NCBI GenBank assembly: GCA_977017575.1
Contig: CDRNVI010000002.1
Coordinates: forward strand, 124,001-188,000
DNA length: 64,000 bases
DNA from: Paramoeba atlantica
Lineage: Eukaryota > Protista > Discosea
Reading direction: 5' to 3'
Shown: positions 1-10,850 of the stretch, one piece after another
Layout of the letters: each line of letters opens with the position of its first letter
Numbering within the stretch: the stretch's first letter is position 1
Translations under genes and position numbers: made by a program
Notes under the pieces: generated by a model
Databases searched by the model: none
Told to the model about the DNA's origin: nothing
The model's input: only the letters and a program-made list of their open reading frames with translations

Positions 1-274
1 ATTCTATCGAAAACTTGAACGAAGAACCTTTTAACTAGAAAATGTACGTGTAGTTGAAAACTTTTTCGTGTTTTCTTGGCATTCCCATTGGCAAGCTCCT
101 GGCCTTCTTTTTCATCAATTCGTAATGAACCCTCAGAGTCCCATCGCATGAGTCTCCTCAGATGTAGCCTCCTCAGATGAATGGATTAAATTTTACGCTA
201 TACACAAGATATACACTACAAACATACTGTGTAGTCTCCGTACAAAAATTTGTGCTTCGCTTGTTTGTGTACGA

Positions 275-2929
275 TTAATGTGACGAAAATTTGGGAAGCT
301 CCTGTTCAAAAGAAATGGTCTTGAGAGAGCTTCGAATTGTACATTTATCAGAATCTGAGAGTTGGCCTCGACGCTCCTTCAGCACAGCACAAATTGAGCG
401 AAGGGGACTGCACCAGGTATCATAATCTGAAAGAGCGGAGTAAGATGCAATGCGCGAAAGCAACAAAACGAGTTCGGAATTGCTCAGGTGTTTCGCTTTA
501 CGACTGGCAGATTGCAGCAAAATGAACAAAATACTCGGTTTTAAAGGAGTGTCAAGATTCAACAAGTCAAGCTGAGAGGTGAATGGCACGGAATCAATAG
601 GAAATTCCGTTGCGGATGATTCTTTACTGCCCGGCACCTTACTTCCAAGTGTATGAAGAATAATATTCTGATGAGTGGTGCCCCAAGAAGAGCTATCAAT
701 ACAGGCCAGGTTAGTAAAGAAAACGACCAATGCCGAACCGGTCGCACGTGCATAGAGATTACGAGCCTGTTTATAGAGCTTCTCAAAAAGTTGGATATCC
801 TTGCTATGGAATTGTCGAAGAGCTTTTATGAGGTTAGCTAATTCGCGGGCTCGCATTGAAAAACTTAGCAACAGCATTCGTTTCTCAACTGCGACAAGAA
901 TTTTAGCTGGAGCCCGAATACTTAAATGCTCAAAGCCATGTGCGACAGCATTGAGGTCGTGCGCGCTTGCGTTAGCGATATTACCTACTGTTAAATGTCG
1001 TGTTATAACTGCGCGCATTTCTGGAGGAGTCGTGTCATACTTTACGAAAACGCTCAACACTACCCCAGCGACGCGAACACTGGTATCGTTAACCGGCCTG
1101 GTTGCGAGACTACGAAGTAGGTGTGCAATCACAGGATGCTTCAAGAAGCCGAACTCAACTGCCGCGCTCAACAAGCAGCAACCCTCTCTAGAACTAAAAA
1201 GGGTGAATTCCATAGCTCTGTCAAATGCGCGCTGCAAAACAGCGCTCTCCGTGCTCTCCGAACATCGGAGGGCACTGAGATACAAAGATAATTCTCGTAC
1301 ATTGAATTGCTTTACGTGCGGGTCAAGGGTGTAAAATGCAACTTCTAGGGATTCCGAAGCAAAATTCAGTGTGTTCATACAGCTTAGTATATCACACCAT
1401 TGCCTAATATTTTTCATGTCCGTTCGTTCCACGGAAGATGCGTGTCGTAACGCTTTCATTATTTCTGATTGCACGGTAGGGGAAAGAGTAAATTTATGTA
1501 TGACTGCAATTTTTAGCAATGTATGCAATTGACCGCGCGTGAGCGCTCGACTTACACAGCTTTCCAATCCCCTCTTAACAGTATCCACCACCTTGTTAGA
1601 AAATGAACCGTGGTTCCATGTCAAACTTGCTCCTGCAATTTTCATAATGTGTTCTGTTGTAGCGAATCCTTCAATCGCCAACTTTTCAAAATGGGACAAA
1701 ACGTCATCAAAGTTTTTGGGAGCAAAGTCACCCATCAAGATTAAAGTAATAAAATTGACGCATTGTTCTGCCTGAAATTCGTTCGACAATTTCTTATTAA
1801 CTGGAGATGCCGCTAGATAAAGTTTGTTATAGGCGATTTTGTTATGTGTCACAGTTTTGTGAAGGAGCTTTAAACCTCGAAGAGCTGAAGTAGGATCCAG
1901 CTGATCAGCATTCCGAACGCACCATTGCAAAAGTTTTGGGGCAAGAGCGGAAACTTGTTCTTTATCAGTGTGCATTTCACAAACACCCAAAAGAACCTCA
2001 ATTCCTGACGATGACATTTCATTTATGGAGTCAGTATGTTCCAAAAACGTTTCTATGATCGGTTGTACTAAGAAGCGTTTATGCGCAAATTCAAAGTACA
2101 GCGCAATCTCCAAGACTTGCATACCCTCGATTTCGTCTAGTTGTTTCAAAGGTAGATTGTTCATGGACCTGAAACAGAGAATTCGCGACGACTGATGATA
2201 CTGTAGATTCCATTTTCGGAGAGTTGAAAGTAACTGAAGAAGTTTTTGGCGACCTACCTTCCAAAAAGGCGTTTTCCAACACTCTTTTTCGACGAGTTCT
2301 ACAATGCTTTTAATTGGTGGATAAAATCTTTCGTACTCAACATTTAATTGCAAAGCGAGTTTTGAGGACAGATACAGGGCGTATATCAGTTGATCTACAG
2401 TAAAGGAACTAGCTCCCGCTGCAATTGTATCCAATACCCTGCGAAAACTTTCTGGTCTCCATTTTATTTCCAAGCGTTCCAAAAGTACAAGACTGAAATA
2501 ACAATCCCTGTTGTTGAGCATTCCAATATGCTCCTCCAGGAAGTCAAGAGCGCTATGAAACAATTTATGTGACCTTGAACCTAGTTTATATAGTTCAAAC
2601 AACGATAATCGAACCGACGTCGGACTTAATTGAGTATAACGTTCTCTAAACGTTGCTTCAAGAATTGACAAAAGTTCTGAGTCGTATATATTTAAACGAA
2701 AACAACTATTAATGATGCCAACCAACTGATTGCAGTTGCATTCGGGAACAGCACGCGTTAAGCGTGGAACCATAAGCACCGTTGTCTTATCCAGTTCATC
2801 CTTTACTTGTAGGTCAACTTTTTGCTTTAAATCAGCAAGACTAACAATCAATGTCACACAAGAAATTGCGTTAAACTCAATTTCTGCACGTCGACACCTG
2901 CGCAGCAAATTGTATAGCGGATGCACCAT
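275..2929 (-). CDS. 884-aa helical-repeat protein, heptatricopeptide/octotricopeptide (HPR/OPR/FASTK-like) repeats, probably mitochondrial RNA-binding
   Basis: Long ATG-initiated ORF with 37-38-aa periodic helical units, e.g. CNCNQLVGIINSCFRLNIYDSELLSIL / LSPTSVRLSLFELYKLGSRSHKLF / LNNRDCYFSLVLLERL / FTVDQLIYAL. Arg-rich N-terminus LLRRCRR. ORF is secure; the family call is from pattern only. Confidence 0.6.
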   Translation of the reverse strand: MVHPLYNLLRRCRRAEIEFNAISCVTLIVSLADLKQKVDLQVKDELDKTTVLMVPRLTRAVPECNCNQLVGIINSCFRLNIYDSELLSILEATFRERYTQLSPTSVRLSLFELYKLGSRSHKLFHSALDFLEEHIGMLNNRDCYFSLVLLERLEIKWRPESFRRVLDTIAAGASSFTVDQLIYALYLSSKLALQLNVEYERFYPPIKSIVELVEKECWKTPFWKVGRQKLLQLLSTLRKWNLQYHQSSRILCFRSMNNLPLKQLDEIEGMQVLEIALYFEFAHKRFLVQPIIETFLEHTDSINEMSSSGIEVLLGVCEMHTDKEQVSALAPKLLQWCVRNADQLDPTSALRGLKLLHKTVTHNKIAYNKLYLAASPVNKKLSNEFQAEQCVNFITLILMGDFAPKNFDDVLSHFEKLAIEGFATTEHIMKIAGASLTWNHGSFSNKVVDTVKRGLESCVSRALTRGQLHTLLKIAVIHKFTLSPTVQSEIMKALRHASSVERTDMKNIRQWCDILSCMNTLNFASESLEVAFYTLDPHVKQFNVRELSLYLSALRCSESTESAVLQRAFDRAMEFTLFSSREGCCLLSAAVEFGFLKHPVIAHLLRSLATRPVNDTSVRVAGVVLSVFVKYDTTPPEMRAVITRHLTVGNIANASAHDLNAVAHGFEHLSIRAPAKILVAVEKRMLLLSFSMRARELANLIKALRQFHSKDIQLFEKLYKQARNLYARATGSALVVFFTNLACIDSSSWGTTHQNIILHTLGSKVPGSKESSATEFPIDSVPFTSQLDLLNLDTPLKPSILFILLQSASRKAKHLSNSELVLLLSRIASYSALSDYDTWCSPLRSICAVLKERRGQLSDSDKCTIRSSLKTISFEQELPKFSSH

Positions 2930-3392
2930 TTAAAGTTTAAGAGCCGAATTTCAGTGACGGAAGCAGAATGCCTGATAGCATATCTTACTAAAGTCTAATA
3001 GCTTATCGTACTAAAGCTTAAAGTTTTGGTTCGTTTTACCACAGAACAATATTTAATAGTATTGGATCTGGAATGTGCTTTCAAATTTATACAACAAAAG
3101 TTACGTAACGTACGCTTTGCTAATTTGTCGATGTAAATTGTAGGTGCCTATTAAAGTTTAGGTGCTCCTTAAATATTGCTATATGTCCAGTTTCTGAGAT
3201 GACTGTCCATTTCACTGTAACTTTGCCTCGTCAGTCACCCAACTTTATTATTCGTCTCGTTTGCGTTGTAAAATGGAAACAGAATACAGGATCATTTTGT
3301 ATCTGTTAATCAACTTAAAAGCAAAAATATTTCGCATTGGAACTTACATGTATGTTATAAAAAAAGAACAATAAGGAATAGAGATCGCTACG

Positions 3393-3635
3393 TCAAGTCG
3401 AGTACAAACTAGAAAAGGCCACAATAGGAACAGCAAATCCGGCTGAATACAAAAAATATGAGTTCTCCTTCCAGATACACATGTGTAGCTTTTCCCTGCT
3501 CAGCAAGCAATTAGAATGCGCGTAAAATTTTGTTCCCGGCTCAAGGGAAATTCTTTCAATTTTATTCACTACATTCGTATATGGTTTATATCCGGAAAGA
3601 GACTTGTGGCTTAAAAGGCGTCGAGTTAAATTCAT
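3393..3635 (-). CDS. possible 80-aa small protein (MNLTRRLL... with hydrophobic C-terminus)
   Basis: On the cluster strand in a 1.1-kb gap. Internal ATG gives an N-terminus resembling short kinetoplastid mitochondrial presequences and a hydrophobic tail. No recognisable domain. Confidence 0.25.
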   Translation of the reverse strand: MNLTRRLLSHKSLSGYKPYTNVVNKIERISLEPGTKFYAHSNCLLSREKLHMCIWKENSYFLYSAGFAVPIVAFSSLYST

Positions 3636-4060
3636 TTTGCAAGTGAATAATGGCTGGTCAAAGCAAAATACATCCAAAAAAAGATGCAACGTATATTAGG
3701 GTGCAGGTAAAGAGGTACTTACGGTAGAATTATTCTAGCTTTTTCTATTCGAAAGTCTAGGTCTCTTTAAAACGATATTGACGACGAATGTGCTATATTA
3801 TATACAAGTTGTATTCAATAAACTTATGTGCAGCCAGATTTATGCATAATTATCCAATACACGTGGCGAGAAGCAACATGTACACCCTTTACAAGTCTTG
3901 TATTTCGTACGATTTTGGAAATTAACCAAAACAATATTTAACGTCGTTTAATAATCGTATAAAATCGTGTGATACACGGATGCGATGTACATTTATCGTG
4001 AGTTCCACACGATCGACGCGAACGTACAGGAGGCGTGCGGAACAAACTGCTAAAAAAATA

Positions 4061-6796
4061 TTACGCCGTGTACATAGTTTGCGCATTCCCAGTAATGGCT
4101 AACTTGCTTATCTCCGCTTTTGCGTGTACTAACTCTGCCAATTCATCATCAGATGTTTTTAGGTTGTGTTTCACTTGTGGACGGTTCTGCATATAGGAAT
4201 CTATGACACTTAAGCATGCCTCACGTACCTTTTCCTCAGAATCAGGTTGATCTCTTATGTAAGAAATTCCATTAGCAATTACCTGCTTAATCCCTGACAC
4301 GGTAAGGTCTCTGACTTTTCCCAATTGTCGTACAGACCTCAAGAATATTGCTTCTAGAAAAGAGGAAAAATTTTCTTTGTATAGAGTGAGGCTGTGTTGT
4401 GCTACGTATCGTATAAGAAACAATAGCTCACGTTGGCTTTTCAAACTCTCGCAATTCATTTCCAGGCTACGCCAAATTATTTTTTGAAGATTTGAGCACA
4501 CCATATTTAGCTCCATTGTATCCCCAAGGAGACTTACGCACTCCTCGGCATTTAAGCTTCGGGCAATTTTTTTCATAAGTTCTTTGGCAATAACATTGTT
4601 TAATTCCGAATCATAACCCTTCGCGTAGCTCAGAGTGTTACACAATGTGTGTAGCGCTCTCACAAGTTCAACCACAGTAAAACTATGCAAATACGCCTTT
4701 AAGAACTTGATAATTAGCTGCGAAATATTGAGTGAGAGTTTACATTCTAGTGTATCTCCCAGCAAAGTTATGAAGCGAGCAATGTGGGGTAGCCCAATTC
4801 GATTGATAGCGGTCTTCCGACAGGTCAAAAGCTCCTCTAAAAAACATTCCAAACCAGAATTAGATTTCAAAGTAAGGTTGCCCTCCTTAAAAGCATTAAG
4901 CGCATACATGACGCATTCTACATCTTGTCTAGAGAAGCTGTTCGATTTAGCCAATAGTGTCATTTCCGAAAGTAACTGTTCCCACAACGCATTAAATATT
5001 TTGGAGTGGTACAAATGAAGTCTATTCGCTGCTCGAAAGACGCAAGCAATCTTTCGCGGACTTTTCCACGGTTCTTTTGATTTCACTAAATCCTTTAAAA
5101 CACTGTAGCACAACTCTATATGTTCCACATCGTCAACTGCAGCCAGGGAGTTGAAAAGACGAACTAACGTTTTACGACGTTTCGGTACTCGTGTGTATAC
5201 GTTGGCTAATTTGTAAATTAAACGCTTCGTTACATCATCCGTTGGCGCTATTTGGCTGTATGAGGAGATGAGGTCCACCAGAGTCACAGCAGAGAATTGA
5301 GCCAACATAGAATACACCTCGTCTCGGACCAAATGAAAAACGCCTTGATCGCTAACTTCCATTGTAGCATAAAAACACATGATGTTGCGAAGAAGGTTCT
5401 GCTTTAACGCATACTGTAATTCATTGTCCTTCCGAAGAAACGAAGTCGCGTGTCTCACCAGAACGGGACCCATCTTCCTTATTTCCGAAACGGAAGGATA
5501 GGGGAGCAAAGAAAACAGAAGATGAACGGTGTGCTCTACTGGTAAAAGATCGACTTTAGTTTCCAACAAGGTTGCAAAGCGGCCGACAAGTTTGTTGTCC
5601 AAACACTGAACACTGCTAAGAATGTCAATAACTTGGCATATTTTTTCAGGTTTGTACGATTCGCTATGCTGAGATAAACGAGATCGTAGAGATAAGTAAA
5701 ACTCGGCTGAGAAACGGGATGCGGCATTCCGAGCTTTTGACAAAGTTGATACGATTTGTAAAGCATCTTGAGGAGATCCACTAGACTCATGTGTAGCTAT
5801 TCGATCTGCTAGTGCAAGAGCATCTGGAGTTACACCGTTTGAACAGTTAAATGTCATCTCAAGAAAAAACAGTTGCGAGGTTTCTCGGAACGTTCTTGTA
5901 ATGTTTCGTTCAATTATTCTGCGTAGTAGATCGTGAAGCAAAACAAACACATCTGCGTCAGACCACACTGATATGGGAACCCACAACAGACATGCTAGGA
6001 TTTCGGAATCCTTGATAATGCTCTGTTGTCGTTGCATTTGTTGTAGCCAAGACGCCCAATGCTCTGTAAACACTGAGGTTTGATAAGTGTGTAGAATGAA
6101 ACCCATTTGAATACATTCTTTCACGTTAACATTTTCCCAAAGCATACCCCCGTGGAGAAAATAACCTAGAATATGCCTCACTTTGGGGTTCTCGTCGCCG
6201 TGACCAAGCTTCGCGAAGGAGTATAACAACGTCAACTTAGCTTGATTGTCCATTTCGTCATGAAATTCTACAAAAATAGAATTGCTGAAATTCTGAAGCT
6301 TCGCTTGGTTAATTGGAGGCTCGATGGAGCATAAAAAACGAAGTATCTCTGCGTACCGCCTACCATCAGGCGAATCAAGGCTTTCAATTTCAGAGAGAGT
6401 AAGTTTCCGTTCGTGAAGGAGCTCATTCGCACGTCGGGCAAGCTGCATGACTATTTCCCGCGTGCCTTCATAGTGTCGGAAGTGATGAATAGTACTGAGA
6501 ACATTATGAACCTCTGTCACCTGAAATTTTTCTAGAGCAGAAGGCACGCATGACAAGAGAAGGTTCAACAGCTCTGGAGTGTACTGGTTCGTAAGGCGCA
6601 CTGATTGAAAGAGCGAGAGCGCATGCGAAGGCCGAGGCGGATTCTGCAAATAGCTGTCACATGCAGCCCGCTCAATCTCTCTGTTCATCTCGTGCAGGGA
6701 TAGAGCTGCGTGAAGAATGTCGTTCATGTCATCGCCTTTCGCAAATGGTGCCCTTGCGGCACGTTTGAAAAGGTGCGACAAGCATGCCGCTACCAT
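4061..6796 (-). CDS. 911-aa helical-repeat protein, HPR/OPR-like
   Basis: Long ORF with ~37-aa units such as FQVTEVHNVLSTIHHF, YKPEKICQVIDILSSVQCLDNKLVGRF, FSAVTLVDLISSYSQI, FTVVELVRALHTL. Presequence-like N-terminus. Confidence 0.55.
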   Translation of the reverse strand: MVAACLSHLFKRAARAPFAKGDDMNDILHAALSLHEMNREIERAACDSYLQNPPRPSHALSLFQSVRLTNQYTPELLNLLLSCVPSALEKFQVTEVHNVLSTIHHFRHYEGTREIVMQLARRANELLHERKLTLSEIESLDSPDGRRYAEILRFLCSIEPPINQAKLQNFSNSIFVEFHDEMDNQAKLTLLYSFAKLGHGDENPKVRHILGYFLHGGMLWENVNVKECIQMGFILHTYQTSVFTEHWASWLQQMQRQQSIIKDSEILACLLWVPISVWSDADVFVLLHDLLRRIIERNITRTFRETSQLFFLEMTFNCSNGVTPDALALADRIATHESSGSPQDALQIVSTLSKARNAASRFSAEFYLSLRSRLSQHSESYKPEKICQVIDILSSVQCLDNKLVGRFATLLETKVDLLPVEHTVHLLFSLLPYPSVSEIRKMGPVLVRHATSFLRKDNELQYALKQNLLRNIMCFYATMEVSDQGVFHLVRDEVYSMLAQFSAVTLVDLISSYSQIAPTDDVTKRLIYKLANVYTRVPKRRKTLVRLFNSLAAVDDVEHIELCYSVLKDLVKSKEPWKSPRKIACVFRAANRLHLYHSKIFNALWEQLLSEMTLLAKSNSFSRQDVECVMYALNAFKEGNLTLKSNSGLECFLEELLTCRKTAINRIGLPHIARFITLLGDTLECKLSLNISQLIIKFLKAYLHSFTVVELVRALHTLCNTLSYAKGYDSELNNVIAKELMKKIARSLNAEECVSLLGDTMELNMVCSNLQKIIWRSLEMNCESLKSQRELLFLIRYVAQHSLTLYKENFSSFLEAIFLRSVRQLGKVRDLTVSGIKQVIANGISYIRDQPDSEEKVREACLSVIDSYMQNRPQVKHNLKTSDDELAELVHAKAEISKLAITGNAQTMYTA

Positions 6797-6889
6797 TTAC
6801 TAAACGATAAAAGGTCGCAAAAATATGACAAAATGGAATTTAAAAAAGTGTCGACGCTATAACCCTACGGATGTACTTGAAGCACCATA

Positions 6890-6991
6890 CACCCCCCAGT
6901 AACAGGCCCCCTCAGCAACATTTTATTAAATTTAATATTTAATATTAAATAATAATTAATATTTAATATTAATTTACATTACTGGGGGGTA
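6890..6991. repeat. small inverted repeat around an AT-only core (micro-MITE-like hairpin)
   Basis: ACCCCCCAGTAA (6891-6902) and TTACTGGGGGGT (6979-6990) are perfect reverse complements and bracket an almost pure A/T stretch. Confidence 0.55.
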
Positions 6992-7114
6992 TAGGGTAGT
7001 ATGAGAAGCAACAATAAAGTCCAATAAAGTTGAGAGTTAACAGCTAAACCCCACTTCGAGACTTTAACAGTAGATCCAGCGATCCGCTTGTTTTGAAATT
7101 TGTACGCTCTTCAA

Positions 7115-9769
7115 TTAAATCTTACCTGCTTTGCGAAGTTGTGAAACTAAGGCTTTTGCACTTTCCTTCTCTGGGGGTAATAAGCAGTGACGTCGCATGT
7201 GAAGCTCATTGATAAGCTCTTGTAAAACGATTCCTGGTACATCACCTAAGTTAATATTGTAACAGTCATGTAAAATTTGTAAAATATCGGACACGTGCAC
7301 GGTGCTCACAGGAAACATGTGAAGCTTTCGCACAATGCTGTGGAACACTCGATGGGGGTCGTTGAGTACCCTCCACTCTAATAATGTAGAGTAGGAAGCT
7401 AGCATAAAAAACGTCATGCGTCCCGTAGATTCGTTTTGCTCAAGTCTATGGCACACCACCTCAACAAGTTTTGCAATGAGAGACCCCTGCGGCATGTTGG
7501 CAAGTGTCATTGAATATAAAAAAGTAGAACCACACAGCGTGTTAAGTGAATCAGCAGACAGCGCAACATTTCTAAAAATGGCGCGCAGTTCTGCGGAAAA
7601 GCCTCCCAGTTTTGCCATTGTTAAGGAAATTAGAGCTAAATCTTGTGCGTCACGTTCCTTGTACGCACAATTCTTTAGAAGTATGCGTGTCGCTTCACGA
7701 AGGTACTGAATGGAAAGCTCTGTTTCGTAGTTTGCCGTAGGCTTGGAGGAAAATTTGGGAGAGTCTCTTCCATGAGCTTCGGAGAGCGACGTGTGGGTGT
7801 AGCGCACTAAATTGGCTATTGCAATCACAGCTCGCGCATTCTGTGATGCAGTTAGCATGCCTGAGCATTGTACTACCCGTTCCACTAGATTCCGTACGAT
7901 TTCGGCAGGTACTAAAGCAAATGGGTATCGAGCTACAGAAAGCAAAACGCTTGCTACTGTGCGGTGCTCCGTGGGTCCCACAAGATAGGTATCTGCGAGG
8001 GAGAGAAAAGCCTCTCGATAGTTGATATGAAGCCGTAGCATTGCGTTGAGCGCTGCAGCGCAATCCATAGGCCCCGGTCGCTTCTCGCTAAGTTCTTTTA
8101 CCAGTTTACTTGCGAGCTCGTGATTGACAATATCCGCGCGGGCTGCGGATACCAGTGCCGTGAGAACTCGACCTGTGTCCGCTGCGGAGAGTCTCTCTTT
8201 TTGCATGTCGAGCGCGGAGAATAAAACTTGCCATGCGGCTTCTCTAGGCGGGAGACCGATTTCCGTAAAGGCCAAAAAGATACCCGTAAGAGCGGGAGCC
8301 GACAGCTGGAAAGGGTTGTTCTCGAATACGGGACACAGTGCGACCAACAGATGACGTGCGGTATTATCAAAAATTTTAATAAACCTGACGAAAGTGAAGA
8401 AGTCTTGAACGTTGACTGTGCGCAGAAGAGAAAATGATTTTTCCGCGTCTGCAAGGAGCTCTTGCATGCGAGCTATGGCGATTTTAGCCAAAGCTGGAGT
8501 TTTTGGGTGTGACATGTACTTAATAAGGGCCAAACAATATCGGGCAAGATCGGAAAACGAAGAAAGAGAGATTACGTCTCCTAAGTTGTCAGATAATATT
8601 CCAAATGTCGCTTCATCCTTAACACCTACGGCAGTAACTGCTTCAAGGGTGCTCTCAATATCTTGCGAAGTAATCACTTCTTCCGTTCCGCGACGTATTT
8701 TTTGCCACATATCTCTTGTGAGAGTACGATTCCCCACATAATTTCGCGTAAAAGGGTTTAAAATAAAAATAACTTTCGGAAGCGAAAGGTCAGGATCGGA
8801 ACGAATACGACTCAAGAGCATGCGGTCGACAGCTTCGTCGCTCACGCCCAAAGCAATAGCGGAGGCAAGGGTTGTGATACAATCTGAGACTTCCCAAACT
8901 TCGCTCTCCATCTCTAGCAACTTGAGGTACAAATTATTCATTACCGCAACGTCAATGCGTAGTCGAGCCCCGCAAAACATCGCCTCCACTATACAAACGA
9001 AAGGAAGTTTCTTGTACTTACGAATGACCTCAACGGACATCAAGTAAAACTTATGCTGCAATTCAGGTTCGGAGCTTGCAAATGGGATGGCGCGCAACAC
9101 GATGAGTAAACCTTTGCTTCGGAGTTTACTAAACATGGCGCTGGCAGAAGCAAGTTCTTGAAACGCTTGGACGAAATGATCACTTGTTGTGCAGCGTGTT
9201 TCGGTCAAGGCCCGAATCTGACGTAGCATGAGACCGAAATCGTTCGGTACGGGGCGCAAAGGCCATAATGCGTCGACGACCTGCGCAGCCCATGGTGTCG
9301 CTCTTATAGGCTTAATTTTCCCCAAATATGTAAGAATTTTCTCTATATCAGAGGGCGAAAACAGTGCGACACTGGTGATCACATGTCGCAGAGTTTGTTC
9401 ATATACGGTGCTAGAAACAAAACCAGGAAGGTGGACAAACGCGTACAGGAGATTGAGAAGTTCCTTCGTATCGATACAAGGGAACAATGCGAGCTCTGAT
9501 TCAACCCTGTGTTGAATATTTTGAAGCAGGACACTATGAGTGGCATACATGTTAGCACATGCAACGAGAACATTAACACAATCGGAGCATGTAAAAGGCG
9601 GATGTTTCAGCAGAGCACTTTCCACCCTCCGGGATTCTGCAATGGATATTTCTTCCATTTGAGCCAAGTCACAGAAGGCAGAGCGCAGGTGTTGCAGCGT
9701 TAAAACGTTAGGTTGTAGTGCCTGACGGCGCAGCATTAGAAAAACCGCGGCGCCGCGCCGCTGTGACAT
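7115..9769 (-). CDS. 884-aa helical-repeat protein, HPR/OPR-like
   Basis: 36-38-aa units, e.g. WEVSDCITTLASAIALGVSDEAVDRML / LSLPKVIFILNPF / ITSQDIESTLEAVTAVGVKDEATFGIL / RDAQDLALISLTMAKLG. Arg-rich N-terminus. Confidence 0.62.
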   Translation of the reverse strand: MSQRRGAAVFLMLRRQALQPNVLTLQHLRSAFCDLAQMEEISIAESRRVESALLKHPPFTCSDCVNVLVACANMYATHSVLLQNIQHRVESELALFPCIDTKELLNLLYAFVHLPGFVSSTVYEQTLRHVITSVALFSPSDIEKILTYLGKIKPIRATPWAAQVVDALWPLRPVPNDFGLMLRQIRALTETRCTTSDHFVQAFQELASASAMFSKLRSKGLLIVLRAIPFASSEPELQHKFYLMSVEVIRKYKKLPFVCIVEAMFCGARLRIDVAVMNNLYLKLLEMESEVWEVSDCITTLASAIALGVSDEAVDRMLLSRIRSDPDLSLPKVIFILNPFTRNYVGNRTLTRDMWQKIRRGTEEVITSQDIESTLEAVTAVGVKDEATFGILSDNLGDVISLSSFSDLARYCLALIKYMSHPKTPALAKIAIARMQELLADAEKSFSLLRTVNVQDFFTFVRFIKIFDNTARHLLVALCPVFENNPFQLSAPALTGIFLAFTEIGLPPREAAWQVLFSALDMQKERLSAADTGRVLTALVSAARADIVNHELASKLVKELSEKRPGPMDCAAALNAMLRLHINYREAFLSLADTYLVGPTEHRTVASVLLSVARYPFALVPAEIVRNLVERVVQCSGMLTASQNARAVIAIANLVRYTHTSLSEAHGRDSPKFSSKPTANYETELSIQYLREATRILLKNCAYKERDAQDLALISLTMAKLGGFSAELRAIFRNVALSADSLNTLCGSTFLYSMTLANMPQGSLIAKLVEVVCHRLEQNESTGRMTFFMLASYSTLLEWRVLNDPHRVFHSIVRKLHMFPVSTVHVSDILQILHDCYNINLGDVPGIVLQELINELHMRRHCLLPPEKESAKALVSQLRKAGKI

Positions 9770-10052
9770 GAAAAAGACACTTAACTAATATCTATAATAT
9801 AAAAGAAGAGTATTCTGTGTGATGTACAATGTATAGGTGTATTTTAAAGGTATTTGCTCTTGTCATAGGAATCTTTTGATATTACGTTGTACCATGTTTT
9901 AGCATAGTTACGTACAGTTCATCGCAAAAACATTGTACTGCTTACTTAACCATTTCACTTTGATCGCACAAAACTGTGTGAATAGACGACAGTACCAAAT
10001 TTTACACGTTTTTCGCTTTCTTTCGCACTTCCGCTTGCCTCCTTGCTTCTTT

Positions 10053-10490
10053 CTATGCCCGTAATACCACCGCACCTCCAATCTCCTTTAATTTCTTCTC
10101 GGCAATACGGCTGCAATATCTAGCCTTGACAATCACGGGACGAGTAATACGACCGTTTCCAAGCACTTTGGCGTATCCGTGGCGGAGCAAGTCTACCACT
10201 GGGAGCTTAGAGGTTCCCTCACACGCCTTCCAGTCCTCGGCGGGCACAAGAGACTCCACACGATCAAGGTTCACCGCGGGCTTCCAGTGTACGTTCTTTT
10301 TCATGTGAAGGTGGCGCTGTCCAACCTTGCCAAAGTACCCCGGGTGGTATTTGTCAAAGTTGATTTTGTGATGGTGCATTCCACCAGCATTTCCTCGACC
10401 GCTAGGGTGCTTGCGGTGTTTGCCAATGCGCCCGTGTCCGGCCGAAACGGAACCACGCGCCTTTCGGTTCTTCTTAAAGCGAGACGGCAT
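10053..10490 (-). CDS. RPL27A: 60S ribosomal protein L27a (uL15)
   Basis: [57 protein letters not shown] is canonical. True start taken as the ATG at 10490, not the upstream ORF start. Confidence 0.98.
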   Translation of the reverse strand: MPSRFKKNRKARGSVSAGHGRIGKHRKHPSGRGNAGGMHHHKINFDKYHPGYFGKVGQRHLHMKKNVHWKPAVNLDRVESLVPAEDWKACEGTSKLPVVDLLRHGYAKVLGNGRITRPVIVKARYCSRIAEKKLKEIGGAVVLRA

Positions 10491-10850
10491 GTAGTAGAAA
10501 AATATGCAAGAAAGAAAAGGCTTTCCAAAAAGGTGTAACAAGAATAACAATAAACACAAGAGAAATATTGAGGAGAAGGGGACCGCGTAACTATTTTCCA
10601 AACGTACCGTCACAGCAATTACATCGCAGTGTAGTGATTATTTCTCAGAATTTTACCATTGCATGAAACGTTTCATTCGCACCCTTCAAATTTTATTGTA
10701 AAATATCCAACGTGGTTCATGGTAAACCCAATAAAATCGCCCAGCACGCCCAAAAACGTACCCGCGTGACAATAATAACCCAACGTAATAGCGAATACCA
10801 ATGGAGAAAGTTTGTCCACATCAGGAGAACTCTCCGCTTTACGAACTTAC

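Noticed and set aside
10491-10613. Hydrophobic N-terminal extension on RPL27A (also predicted extensions on Alba, ArfGAP, Vms1 and PPR-TrmB)
   Set aside because: These arise from non-ATG ORF starts running through pyrimidine-rich splice-acceptor tracts. The downstream ATG matches the conserved start where known.
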